From Propionibacteriales bacterium (GTDB lineage: Bacteria > Actinomycetota > Actinomycetes > Propionibacteriales > Nocardioidaceae), in the NCBI GenBank assembly GCA_038327385.1, contig JBBQKY010000001.1:4218-68217 (forward strand): a DNA stretch of 64,000 nucleotides. Reading direction: 5' to 3'. The notes under the pieces are model-generated. The model did no database searches, was not told the DNA's origin, and saw only the letters and a program-made list of their open reading frames with translations. The translations under genes were made by a program, and so were the position numbers. Numbering within the stretch: the stretch's first letter is position 1; the number at the start of each line of letters is the position of its first letter. Shown one piece after another: positions 35,701-43,748 of this stretch.

Positions 35701-36571
35701 GTCGCCACGGTCGCCGAGGTCGGCGCGAAGCAAGTCTGCCGTCCCGCTCTCGCTCGGGCAGGGCAGCGCGGCCGGCTGGGCCGACGGACTGGCGGGGAGT
35801 CGGAGCGGCTTGCCCACAGACCCGCGACTGCTGGCGGCTGCCCAGTCGCAGGGCCCGCTGCCGGTGGACCCGGTCACCGCCGTCCAGCTCACTCTCGACC
35901 TCGACGACGTGCCGGCGCTCGCCGAGCCGTCCGGGCTGCCGGAGATGTCCGGCGCCGAGCGGGTGCGGGCGGAGCTCGAGGTGCTCGGCCTCGACATCAG
36001 CCATCATGCGATGGACTGCTACGCCCCGATGCTCGACGAGCTCGCCGTCACAAGGTCGCGCGACCTGCTGAGGCAGCGCAACCAGTCGGAGGTGCTGGTC
36101 GCCGGGGTCAAGGTGGCCACCCAGACGCCGCCCGTGCGCTCCGGACGACGGGTTGTCTTCCTGACCCTCGACGACGGCACCGGGCCGGTCGACGCCACGT
36201 TCTTCGAGGACGTCCAGGGGCCTTATGCCGCCACGATCTTCCACTCCTGGCTGCTGGTCGTGCGAGGAGTGCTGCGTCGTACCGGGCCGCGGGGAGTCTC
36301 GATGCGCGCCACCGGCTGCTGGGAGCTTCCCGAGCTGTACGCCGTGTGGCAGTCGAACGGGATCGCGGGAGTCCGCGACGCCATCGCCGCGGTGCCTGCC
36401 GGCTTTGCGGACCAGCCAGCCGGGTCTGCAGAGGCACCGCCCAACCGGGTCCTCGTGCATCCCAGTGGCTTCCGGCAGTCGCCGTACGCCGACATCCGAC
36501 CGGCCGGTGTGGACACGAAGACGGCGCCACGCAAGCTGTGGCACTCGAGCCCGGGCAGCGCGGGCGGCTGA
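32705..36571 (+). CDS. dnaE2: DNA polymerase III alpha-subunit homolog of the DnaE2 (error-prone) type, with an atypical PHP domain
   Basis: 1288 aa from ATG 32705. The N-terminus is FVHLHVASGYSLKYGASHPRQLAERAAEAEMDALALTDRDGVYGAVRFAKA, which is DnaE2-like rather than DnaE1-like. The polymerase core includes LLKLDVLGIRM, GCFQIESPGQRE, ISLFRPGP and FGFCKAHAAAFALPTFQSAWLKAHHPAAF. A LexA box lies upstream. Confidence 0.8.
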   Translation: MDPFVHLHVASGYSLKYGASHPRQLAERAAEAEMDALALTDRDGVYGAVRFAKACSANGIRPILGVDLAIEPSGLVPEPSGLVPTIRDFPPDHPRLTARPSGLVPATVSARTPVRGGQYLDHDRAHPRVTLLAGSRAGWAALCRLTSATHLRGERSVPVTTRGLVADHLSGLDSGTDLLVLLGPSSELGWAAALRRDDMARAVLRDWYDVTERTNLVVEVVSHRRSGVGPGSSPHAARMAGVAASAGCQLVLTNEVRYVDRADAPVVDVLDAARRLVPLDLRHVDRANAEGFLKTGKEMADIADEICRFAGLGDKEAERLLAGTRAVADRCALDPRADLGIGEVHFPELAVVEGGAGTSGDAVLRARCEAGIGRRYGSGADLPAVRDRLDDELTVIGGLGYATYFLTVADVVDLVRDRGIRTAARGSGAGSLVNYLLGVSGVDPLRYGLLMERFLSPLRQALPDIDVDVESARRLEIYDAILERYGGERCACVSMMDTYRVRHAIRDVGAALGLPPGEIDQLAKAFPHIRARDARAAMRELPELRSVNLGEGRLDLLFTLVEKLDGLPRHIAMHPCGVLLSDATLLDRTPVEASFLGYPMSQFDKEDVEDLGLLKLDVLGIRMQSAMAHAVAEVARVGGPVIDLDDEQQVPRDDPATYALIQSTRTLGCFQIESPGQRELVGKFAPRGFEDIIIDISLFRPGPVKSDMINPFLRVRHGWSPAEYLHPDLEPVLEQTYGVVVFHEQVIEMIAVVAGCGRAEADEVRRALGDREAKEDVRTWFFPRALAGGYPLAVVSRVWEVLEAFASFGFCKAHAAAFALPTFQSAWLKAHHPAAFLAGVLTHDPGMYPKRLILDDARHFGIAVLPLDVNTSDDVYRVERRGGRSPSAAGAEAASDGIRLALNEVKGISAAEVARITAARPFCSLTDLWQRARVSRPVAERLVLAGALDSLYGIGSANQSFGSSVPVRRRGTVTRRDLLLQVAELDRWTRATDRAVRAASPRSPRSARSKSAVPLSLGQGSAAGWADGLAGSRSGLPTDPRLLAAAQSQGPLPVDPVTAVQLTLDLDDVPALAEPSGLPEMSGAERVRAELEVLGLDISHHAMDCYAPMLDELAVTRSRDLLRQRNQSEVLVAGVKVATQTPPVRSGRRVVFLTLDDGTGPVDATFFEDVQGPYAATIFHSWLLVVRGVLRRTGPRGVSMRATGCWELPELYAVWQSNGIAGVRDAIAAVPAGFADQPAGSAEAPPNRVLVHPSGFRQSPYADIRPAGVDTKTAPRKLWHSSPGSAGG
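32915..33022 (+). repeat. Five degenerate 21/22-nt tandem repeats inside the DnaE2-like coding sequence
   Basis: The units are agccctccgggcttgttccag / agccctccgggctcgtcccg / accatccgagacttcccacccg / accatccgagacttaccgcccg / accatccgggcttgtcccagcc. They are translated as EPSGLVP EPSGLVP TIRDFPP DHPRLTA RPSGLVP. Confidence 0.85.
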
Positions 36572-36649
36572 CGGAGGAGCAGTGGCGAGGCAGACACTAG
36601 GGTTGGGGGACCAGGCTCCCAGCGGCCCGCCCGGTGAAGGAGTCGGCTC

Positions 36650-37372
36650 ATGGCAGCGCCTCGGCACAGCGTCCTGCCGGCCCCGATCGTGTGGGACGGC
36701 CTGCGCTCCGTGCTCCAACCCGGCCAGTCCGGAGAGCCGCTGCATGTCGTCGATCTCGGCGGCGGTACCGGCGGACTCGCCGTCGCTGTCGCGCAGCTCG
36801 GTCACCGGGTCACCGTCGTCGACCCGAGCCCGGACGCCCTCGCCGCGCTGGAGCGCCGGGCAGCCGAGGAAGGTGTCTCGGCGCTGGTCCACGGCGTCAT
36901 CGGCGATGCCGACACCCTTGCCGAGCTGGTGGGTACGGCGAGCGCCGACGTGGTCGTGTGCCACGGGGTCCTCGAGGTTGTCGACGAGCCGGCGCAGGCG
37001 CTGCTCGCCGCCGCCGCCGTCCTGCGCAAGGGCGGGCACCTCAGCGTGCTGGTCACCCAGCAGTCCGGAGCGGTGCTCGCACGGGTGCTGGCCGGGCACC
37101 TTGACGAGGCGGCGACGATGCTGCAGTCCGACGGCGACACGGTGCCGAGACGGTTCACCCGCCGTCAGCTCGAGGAGCTTGCGGCGGCTGCTGGCTTCAC
37201 CGTGGGCGACGTGCGGGGAGTGCGGATGTTCACCGACCACGTCGGCAGTCGCGCCGTCGACGCGCAGCCAGGGGCAGCGACGCTGCTGGCGGAGCTGGAG
37301 ATCGCCGTCTGCGCCGATGCCGACTTCCTGCCGATCGCGACCCAGCTGCACCTGTTGGCCCGTCGTCACTGA
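36650..37372 (+). CDS. Class I SAM-dependent methyltransferase (Methyltransf_11/25-like)
   Basis: 240 aa. Motif I is VVDLGGGTGGLAVAVAQLGHRVTVVDPS, followed by VVVCHGVLEVV and LRKGGHLSVLV. I saw no DPPY/NPPY-type DNA methyltransferase motif. Confidence 0.75.
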   Translation: MAAPRHSVLPAPIVWDGLRSVLQPGQSGEPLHVVDLGGGTGGLAVAVAQLGHRVTVVDPSPDALAALERRAAEEGVSALVHGVIGDADTLAELVGTASADVVVCHGVLEVVDEPAQALLAAAAVLRKGGHLSVLVTQQSGAVLARVLAGHLDEAATMLQSDGDTVPRRFTRRQLEELAAAAGFTVGDVRGVRMFTDHVGSRAVDAQPGAATLLAELEIAVCADADFLPIATQLHLLARRH

Positions 37373-37459
37373 GCCGGATCTCGAGGCCGGGTGCGGGTCC
37401 GGCGAGCCGACGCCACCGACCCCGCCGACCCCGCCGACCCCGAGCCGGTCGGGGGCCGG

Positions 37460-38659
37460 ATGACCACCACCGACGCTGCCGGGTGCACCATCCTGCACGT
37501 CGACATGGACGCGTTCTATGTCGGTGTGGCGATCCGGGACAGACCGGAGTTGCAGGGGCTGCCGGTCGTCGTCGGCGGCGGTGACCGTGGGGTGGTGCTG
37601 TCTGCGTCGTATGCCGCCCGGACGTTCGGGATCCACTCGGCGATGTCGATGACGCGGGCCCGGCGGATGTGTCCACAGGCAGTGGTGGTCCACCCTGACT
37701 ACGACGAGCTGAGCGCCGTCTCCACCGCCGTCATGGAGACGTTCCGCAGTGTCACGCCGTTGGTGGAGGCGCTGTCGATGGACGAGGCGTTCCTCGACGT
37801 CACCGGCTCGCTGCGCCGGTTCCCCTCTGCCGTCGCCGTCGGCGAGCACCTGCGGGCCCGGATCGCCGACGAGCAGCGGATCACCTGCTCGGTGGGCGTC
37901 TCTACCACTACCCAGCTCGCCAAGCTCGCCTCCCGGCAGGCCAAGCCCGACGGGCTGGTCGTCGTACCGCCTACCGAGGTGACGGCGTTCCTGCACCCGC
38001 TGGCGGTGGACGCGCTGTGGGGGGTGGGGGAGAAGACCGCCGAGCAGCTCCACCGGCTGGGGTTACGCACCGTCGGCGACCTCGCGCACACTCCGGTCGC
38101 CACCCTTCAGCGGGCGCTCGGGCCGCTGCTCGGCGCCCGGTTGCATGCGCTCGCCTGGGGCGACACCGACCGCCCGGTGACCGCTCGACGGGGTCCGGAC
38201 GAGCCCGACCACAGCATCGGGGCAGACGAGACGTTCGGCCGCGACACCGACGACCCTGCGGTAGTCGCGCGCGAGCTGCTGCGGCTGGCCCGGAAGGTCG
38301 GCTCCCGGATGCGGACCGCAGGCATGGCAGGGCGCACCGTCGTGCTCAAGGTGAGGTTCGCCGACTTCACCACGATCACCCGGTCCCGCACGCTGTGCGA
38401 GGCGACCAGCCTGACGACCGAGATCTACGACGTCGCTCTCGCGCTGTTCGGTGCACTGGGCCTGCAGCGGGCGCGGATACGCCTGGTCGGCGTCCGGGTG
38501 CAAGGCCTTGTCGACGCGGCGTCAGCGCCTCGCCAGCTGCTGCTGGGCGCTCGCGAGCACGGCTGGGAGGACGCGGAGCGGGCGGTCGACAGGGCCACCT
38601 ACCGATTCGGCTCGGAGGCGGTGCTGCCCGCCGCGTTGCTGGGCGGACGACGCCCGTGA
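37460..38659 (+). CDS. dinB: DNA polymerase IV (Y-family, DinB) with intact catalytic acidic residues
   Basis: 399 aa from ATG 37460. ILHVDMDAFYVGVAIRD and LSMDEAFLDVTG are the catalytic D, D and E motifs. SVGVSTTTQLAKLASRQAKPDG is also present. GTG 37391 is an alternative start. Confidence 0.85.
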   Translation: MTTTDAAGCTILHVDMDAFYVGVAIRDRPELQGLPVVVGGGDRGVVLSASYAARTFGIHSAMSMTRARRMCPQAVVVHPDYDELSAVSTAVMETFRSVTPLVEALSMDEAFLDVTGSLRRFPSAVAVGEHLRARIADEQRITCSVGVSTTTQLAKLASRQAKPDGLVVVPPTEVTAFLHPLAVDALWGVGEKTAEQLHRLGLRTVGDLAHTPVATLQRALGPLLGARLHALAWGDTDRPVTARRGPDEPDHSIGADETFGRDTDDPAVVARELLRLARKVGSRMRTAGMAGRTVVLKVRFADFTTITRSRTLCEATSLTTEIYDVALALFGALGLQRARIRLVGVRVQGLVDAASAPRQLLLGAREHGWEDAERAVDRATYRFGSEAVLPAALLGGRRP

Positions 38660-38675
38660 GAACCGTCGCTCGCGC

Positions 38676-39497
38676 TCAGGCCCAGGGGCCGTAGACCGTC
38701 ACCCAGAGCGGCTTGTCGTGCGTGCGGTTCCAGAGCTGACGGGCGTCCTCGACGTACATGTTGACGCACCCGTGGCTGTGGTCGACGAAGGGGCTCATCA
38801 TCAGCCGTGACCCATGCAGCGCCTCGCCACCGTCGAAGAACTGCGAGTACGGCATCGGACTGCCGTAGAGACCCGACACGTGGTCGATGTCTCGGTAGTA
38901 CACCCGATGCGTCCCGAGCCTCGTCTGGGTGGTGTAGCCGCCGCCGCGGACAAGCCAGGTGTTGTACATCGCGCCGCGGAACCAGAGCGTCACCTGGTGC
39001 ATCGACCGGTCGTAGCAGGCGTGCCATCCGCCTCTCTTGCAGACCGGCGGCACCGAGAGCGGATGGCGCACGGTCCGCTGCAGCAGCAGGCGCCAGGTCA
39101 CCGTCGTCATCACCCCGGTTACCGCGATGTGTCGCCGGGTCTGGAACGCCCGGACGGCGTCGCGTGTCACCGGACCGAAGTAGCCCGTCGGTGTGCCGGG
39201 GAACAGGCCGACCCACTTCAGCCGGTACTGCAGCTCCCGCACGTGTTGGATGTGGTACGGCGACAGGTCCTGGGCGCCGTAGTGGATCTGCTCACGCGCC
39301 CAGGGCGCGTTGAGCCCGACAGCTGCGGCGCTGGTCAGGCCAGCGGCTGCGGGGCGCGTTGGCCCTCCCGAGACCGGCGAACGCACGGCGGGTGCCTGCT
39401 CGGCTCGCCCCGCCGCCGACGCCGGTAGTCCCCCCGACGCCAGCGTTATCGCGCAGGTACCCAGCAGTGCTGCGGTGGCTCGTGCGACTGTCCTCAC
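38676..39497 (-). CDS. L,D-transpeptidase (YkuD domain) with a PG_binding_1 domain and signal peptide
   Basis: 273 aa. The PG-binding repeat is VRELQYRLKWVGLF...GYFGPVTRDAVRAFQ. The catalytic region is HGSRLMMSPFVDHSHGCVNMYVEDARQLW. GGAGGAAGCAC precedes GTG 39497. Confidence 0.85.
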   Translation of the reverse strand: MRTVARATAALLGTCAITLASGGLPASAAGRAEQAPAVRSPVSGGPTRPAAAGLTSAAAVGLNAPWAREQIHYGAQDLSPYHIQHVRELQYRLKWVGLFPGTPTGYFGPVTRDAVRAFQTRRHIAVTGVMTTVTWRLLLQRTVRHPLSVPPVCKRGGWHACYDRSMHQVTLWFRGAMYNTWLVRGGGYTTQTRLGTHRVYYRDIDHVSGLYGSPMPYSQFFDGGEALHGSRLMMSPFVDHSHGCVNMYVEDARQLWNRTHDKPLWVTVYGPWA

Positions 39498-39647
39498 GTG
39501 CTTCCTCCGAAAGGTCGTCTCTTACGCCGATGAAGCGTCTCATCAACTAGACGTCGTAACGACCAATTTAGTTGTCCGGGTTTCGGTCGACACATGCGGC
39601 GCATAGACTGAGGAGACATCCGACACACCGATCGTCGGCGGGAGGAA

Positions 39648-40040
39648 ATGGTGCCGCTCTCAGAGGAAGAGCAGCGTCTGCTCGAGCAGATGGAGGAAGC
39701 TCTCGCTGCGGAAGACCCGAAGTTCGTGTCGACCATCCGCGGCTCCTCGTCACGCAGCCGGCACAAGCGCATCGCCATCCTCGCCACGTTCGGCTTCGCC
39801 TTAGGCATCGTCATCCTCATGACCGGTGCCGTCACCGCCTTGACGCCTGTCGCGGTCGGTGGTTTCGTCGTCATGCTGGCCTGTGCGTACGTCGCCGTCA
39901 CCCATTGGCGCCGCGTCGGCGAACCCGACCTGCCGAGCAACGTGCATCCCATCGGCAAGGGCAAGTCGCGCCAGTCCACCCAGCCTTCCGGGTTCATGAA
40001 CCGGATGGAAGATCGCTGGCGTCGTCGGCGCGACTACTGA
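39648..40040 (+). CDS. DUF3040 domain membrane protein (Rv2169c-like)
   Basis: 130 aa. MVPLSEEEQRLLEQMEEALAAEDPKFV is followed by two TM helices. GGGAGGAA lies upstream of the ATG. Confidence 0.75.
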   Translation: MVPLSEEEQRLLEQMEEALAAEDPKFVSTIRGSSSRSRHKRIAILATFGFALGIVILMTGAVTALTPVAVGGFVVMLACAYVAVTHWRRVGEPDLPSNVHPIGKGKSRQSTQPSGFMNRMEDRWRRRRDY

Positions 40041-40066
40041 GCAGCAGCTGCCGCGCCGTCCGTTCT

Positions 40067-40100
40067 GGGGTTATCGGGTGGCCGGGGTTATCGGGTGGCC
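40067..40100. repeat. Perfect 17-bp tandem duplication spanning the stop codon of the transglutaminase gene
   Basis: GGGGTTATCGGGTGGCC occurs at 40067-40083 and again at 40084-40100. The second copy contains the TAA stop (40088-40090, minus strand). Confidence 0.9.
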
Positions 40101-42430
40101 GGACGTGGCTCCCGCGACCGCAGTCCGCTCCAGCCCCCGCGTAGGCCTGGGACCAGCGATGCGGGCCAGAGTGACGCCCGCAGCCGCCGCTTGCCGCCCA
40201 CCTCGCGCGCGATGACCGCCATCACCTTCGCCGCGTCTTGGCCAGGATGGGCGTCCGGCAGTGGCGAACCCGCATAGCGGGCCCGCTCGACGGTCCGGAC
40301 GAGCCGGTCCAGAGCGGCGACGCCGTCCGGGTCTCCGCCCAGCAACGGCTCCACGAAACGCTGCCGGGCACGGGGCGTGAGCGAGCCGGTCCAGGGCAGC
40401 CCCAGGTCGTTGGCGCGGTCCCGCAGCTCGAGCCAGGCGTACTCGCAGGACTGGCCACCATCGACGGCGCGGGCCAGCCGGGACCGCCGTACACCCACCC
40501 GGATGGCAGCCGGCGCGAGGACGAGGGCGAGGAGGAGGACGAGGACCAGCCAGCTCAACGGCGGCACGCCGCCCAGGTTCCCGCCACCACCGCCGGCCGC
40601 GCCGGGTGTCGTTGGCGCCTTGGAGGTCGTCGCCTCGTTCTGCACCCGGCCGGGACTGTTCGACGCGCCCGTCGCCGTGGGCGCCGACGTCGTCGGGTTG
40701 ATGGTCGGCACTGCCACGAGCTGGGTGTAACCCGGGATCTCCGCCCCGTTCCCGGGGGTCGGCTCGAACCTCACCCAGCCCACGCCCTCGAAGTACAGCT
40801 CCGGCCACGCGTGCGCGTCGTGCGAGGTGAACACGTACCCCGTGCCGCCGTTGTGCAAGCTGGGCTCGAGGAACCCGACGACGACCCGCGACGGGATGCC
40901 CAGCTCCCGCGCCATCATCGCCATCGTGGCGGCAAAGTGCTGGCAGTAGCCGCGGCGCACCTGGAGGAACTTCGCCATGGCGCGGTAGCCGTAGCCGTAG
41001 CCAGCGCTCAGGTCGTAGGTGAATGACGAGTTGTCACGAAAGAAGCTCTGCAGGTCCAGGGCACGCTCGTAGTCGTTCGTGGCGCCAGCAGTCACGGCTC
41101 GCGCGACGTCACCGACGACGGTCGGGACGCCGATCGGGACCTCGGCATAGCTTTGCACCAGACCGGCCGGCGCCGCTGGCGCGTTCTCGAGCTGCGCCGC
41201 CGTCGGGCTGACGATGTTGTACGCCGCCGTGTAGCCGGCCAGCCCGGAGACGGCCCCAATCGTCTGGCTCGCCACCGTCTCGTCGCGCGGGACATACGCG
41301 AAGTCCTGCTGGAAACCGCTGTTGTTGAGCGTGAGGTCCACCGACGTGAGGGCGAACGGCACCGGCAGCCATACCGAGTCATCCGGGAAGTCCTGGGCGA
41401 GCGTCACTGTCATCGACGCCGGCGTCGTCGGGACGGTGTCGGACAGCCCGGTGGGCGGCGGCAGCGGCGCGTTCGGCGGTACCGTCGAGGCGCCGTCGAC
41501 AGGGCTGCCGGTCCAGGCGTTCGGCCCCGGCCGGTCCAGCGCGGCCAGGCGGAGGTACGACGGTGGCGTCCGGCTGGTCACCTCGACCAGGTCGAGCGCA
41601 CTCTTGCGGTGCAGCGCCTGCGCGAGGCTCACCATCGGGTCGCTGAAGCTGATCCCGCTACCGCTGCCGTCGCCGACGCCGGACCTGCCGTGGAAGAGGG
41701 TGTGAGAGAAGCCCGGTATGAGCAGCGGCACGACGACCGCGGTGGTGATCGCGAGCACGGAGATGCGGCGCCCCGCCAGCGACAGGGCCGATGTGTCGAT
41801 CGAGTCGACCGAGTCCCGTGCGGTCGTCCTTGCCACGTGCCGTCCCCAGTGGCTGAGCCTCTCGTGCTCGGAGACCATCAGCAGGACCAGGAAGGCGGCC
41901 GCCCCTGGAACGAAGCCGTAGGCCGGCACGCCCTTGGGCAGAGATGCCACCGGAACGGTGTAGAGGGCGAGCAACGGCACGCCGGCAAGCGGCGCTCGAC
42001 CGAGTCCGGCGGCGAGCAGGTCCACGCCGATCGCGATGAAGGCCACGAAGCCGACGGTGAGCAGCAGCAGGCCCGGACTGTGCGGCACCGGGGCCGCGAA
42101 GCGCTGAGCGACGTCCATCCCTCGAGAAAGCGCTTCGCGGACCGAGGTGAAGGTCGCCGACGTCGGCACGACACCCTGCCAGGTGTGACCTCCGAAGCTG
42201 GCCAGCAGGACGTCGGCGAGGACGACGACCTGGCCGGCCACCGTGATCGGGGTGGGCACCTGGAGCTGTCGGGCTGCCATGCCCAGGACCACCACGAGGG
42301 CGCTCAGTGCAGCGCCGATGAGGAAGTAGCGCTTGTCCTGCAGGGCGGGATAGAGGCTCAACGAGGTTGCCACCGTCGTCAACCACCCGAGAGCTGCGAG
42401 GAGGTGGCGCTCAGCCATGCTGAGAGTCAT
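40088..42430 (-). CDS. Transglutaminase-like membrane protein (TgpA / DUF3488-transglutaminase type)
   Basis: 780 aa from ATG 42430, which overlaps the DUF58 gene stop as ATGA. An N-terminal multi-TM region is followed by the core GYCQHFAATMAMMARELGIPSRVVVGF...HAWPELYFEGVGWVRFEPTP. Confidence 0.8.
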   Translation of the reverse strand: MTLSMAERHLLAALGWLTTVATSLSLYPALQDKRYFLIGAALSALVVVLGMAARQLQVPTPITVAGQVVVLADVLLASFGGHTWQGVVPTSATFTSVREALSRGMDVAQRFAAPVPHSPGLLLLTVGFVAFIAIGVDLLAAGLGRAPLAGVPLLALYTVPVASLPKGVPAYGFVPGAAAFLVLLMVSEHERLSHWGRHVARTTARDSVDSIDTSALSLAGRRISVLAITTAVVVPLLIPGFSHTLFHGRSGVGDGSGSGISFSDPMVSLAQALHRKSALDLVEVTSRTPPSYLRLAALDRPGPNAWTGSPVDGASTVPPNAPLPPPTGLSDTVPTTPASMTVTLAQDFPDDSVWLPVPFALTSVDLTLNNSGFQQDFAYVPRDETVASQTIGAVSGLAGYTAAYNIVSPTAAQLENAPAAPAGLVQSYAEVPIGVPTVVGDVARAVTAGATNDYERALDLQSFFRDNSSFTYDLSAGYGYGYRAMAKFLQVRRGYCQHFAATMAMMARELGIPSRVVVGFLEPSLHNGGTGYVFTSHDAHAWPELYFEGVGWVRFEPTPGNGAEIPGYTQLVAVPTINPTTSAPTATGASNSPGRVQNEATTSKAPTTPGAAGGGGGNLGGVPPLSWLVLVLLLALVLAPAAIRVGVRRSRLARAVDGGQSCEYAWLELRDRANDLGLPWTGSLTPRARQRFVEPLLGGDPDGVAALDRLVRTVERARYAGSPLPDAHPGQDAAKVMAVIAREVGGKRRLRASLWPASLVPGLRGGWSGLRSREPRPATR

Positions 42431-43746
42431 GCTGCGGGCCCTTCCCGCTCCTCCGTCAGCCGTAGCGCCGGCCGTGTCCCACTCCTGCCGGGCCGCAACC
42501 GCGCGAGGTTCTTCCAGACATCCGACAGCTCGTCCGCCGGCCCCACCGCGAGCGCCGTCCAGCCCTGCTGGCGCATCAGTCGGGCCTGTGCCTCGGCGTC
42601 GGGAACTCCCCGGCCGGGACTCCCCGGCCTGTTCGAGCCGGCCCAGGCGGGCACGTCGAGCAGGATCGCGAGGGCCCGCGTGGCCCCGGTCCGAAGGCTG
42701 GCAAGCCGTACGACGTCGCTCGGGGCCGTAGCGCCCAAGATGGCGACCACTAGGCCGGCAGAGTAGTCGGAGGAGATGATGTCGAACTCTCCACCGGCTG
42801 ACAGCCGGACGACCGCGAGGGACTCGAGCAGCATCTGCACCTCGGCCGGCGCGCTGATCCCGCGGTCGTGCCACGCGATGTCGGTGGCACCGTCACGGTC
42901 CATCAGCATCCTGACCACGAAGCCGTTCCCGGCCAGGTGGCTCGCGACGGAAGCCGCCGCCGAGACGGCGTACTCGAACGAGGAAGCGGGACCGGAGCCA
43001 CGATGGCTCGCAGCACGGGTGTCGAGGAGGATCGTCACGCGGCTCTGGTGCGGTTGCTCCTCCCGTCGGACCATCAGCTCGTCGGTGCGCGCCGTCGAGC
43101 GCCAGTGCACCCGCCGGAGGTCGTCGCCGAGCCGGTACTCGCGCACGGTGATGTCCTCAGTCCCGGCGGCCGCGAACGCCCGTGGCCGGTTGTCCCCGGT
43201 GCCCGACCAGTCCCCGGACAGGGAGGTCGTCGGAAGGGGGTGGATGACCGGCGTCACGACCAGCGCCGTCCGGGTGTGGAAGGACCGGGACAGCTCGACG
43301 AAGCCGAAGGGGTCCGACATCCGGACGCTGAGCGGACCGAGGGCGTAGCGGCCCCGTACGTCGGACCGCAGCGTGTAGGTCATCTCCCGGTGCCACCTCG
43401 GCCGGAGCTGGTCGATCACGAACCGCGGCCGGCTCCCGAGGACGTACGGAACGGTGTCCTCGAGCAGCATGAGGCCGGTCGGTGTCCGGCCGGGGTTCTC
43501 CAGCCGGAGGTCGACGGTGACCGGCTGCCCGGCCTGGACGCGGGCCGGCTGGATGCGCCGCGAGCAGGTGAGCAGATACCGGGAGCGCTGGGCGAGCCCG
43601 ACGGTGAGCAGTGGGAGCACGAGCAGCAGCAGGGCCACCCGCAGCAGGTCCTTCTGGCCCAGCACGAGAGCGGCCACCCCGCTCGCGACCCCCGCCGACA
43701 GGAAGGCGCGACCCCGGGTGGTCAGGGCTGAGAGGCCGGCAGCCAT
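42427..43746 (-). CDS. DUF58 domain protein (vWA-like MoxR partner)
   Basis: 439 aa from ATG 43746, 2 nt after the MoxR stop. Two N-terminal TM helices are present. [31 protein letters not shown] is the DUF58 hallmark. Confidence 0.8.
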   Translation of the reverse strand: MAAGLSALTTRGRAFLSAGVASGVAALVLGQKDLLRVALLLLVLPLLTVGLAQRSRYLLTCSRRIQPARVQAGQPVTVDLRLENPGRTPTGLMLLEDTVPYVLGSRPRFVIDQLRPRWHREMTYTLRSDVRGRYALGPLSVRMSDPFGFVELSRSFHTRTALVVTPVIHPLPTTSLSGDWSGTGDNRPRAFAAAGTEDITVREYRLGDDLRRVHWRSTARTDELMVRREEQPHQSRVTILLDTRAASHRGSGPASSFEYAVSAAASVASHLAGNGFVVRMLMDRDGATDIAWHDRGISAPAEVQMLLESLAVVRLSAGGEFDIISSDYSAGLVVAILGATAPSDVVRLASLRTGATRALAILLDVPAWAGSNRPGSPGRGVPDAEAQARLMRQQGWTALAVGPADELSDVWKNLARLRPGRSGTRPALRLTEEREGPAA

Positions 43747-43748
43747 GG

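Noticed and set aside
37416-37442. (CCGACCCCG)3 nonamer repeat just upstream of dinB, which would encode DPADPADPE if GTG 37391 were the start.
   Set aside because: This low-complexity repeat lies in a short inter-cistronic region. ATG 37460 directly precedes the conserved DinB N-terminus. The repeat is not informative beyond the start ambiguity.
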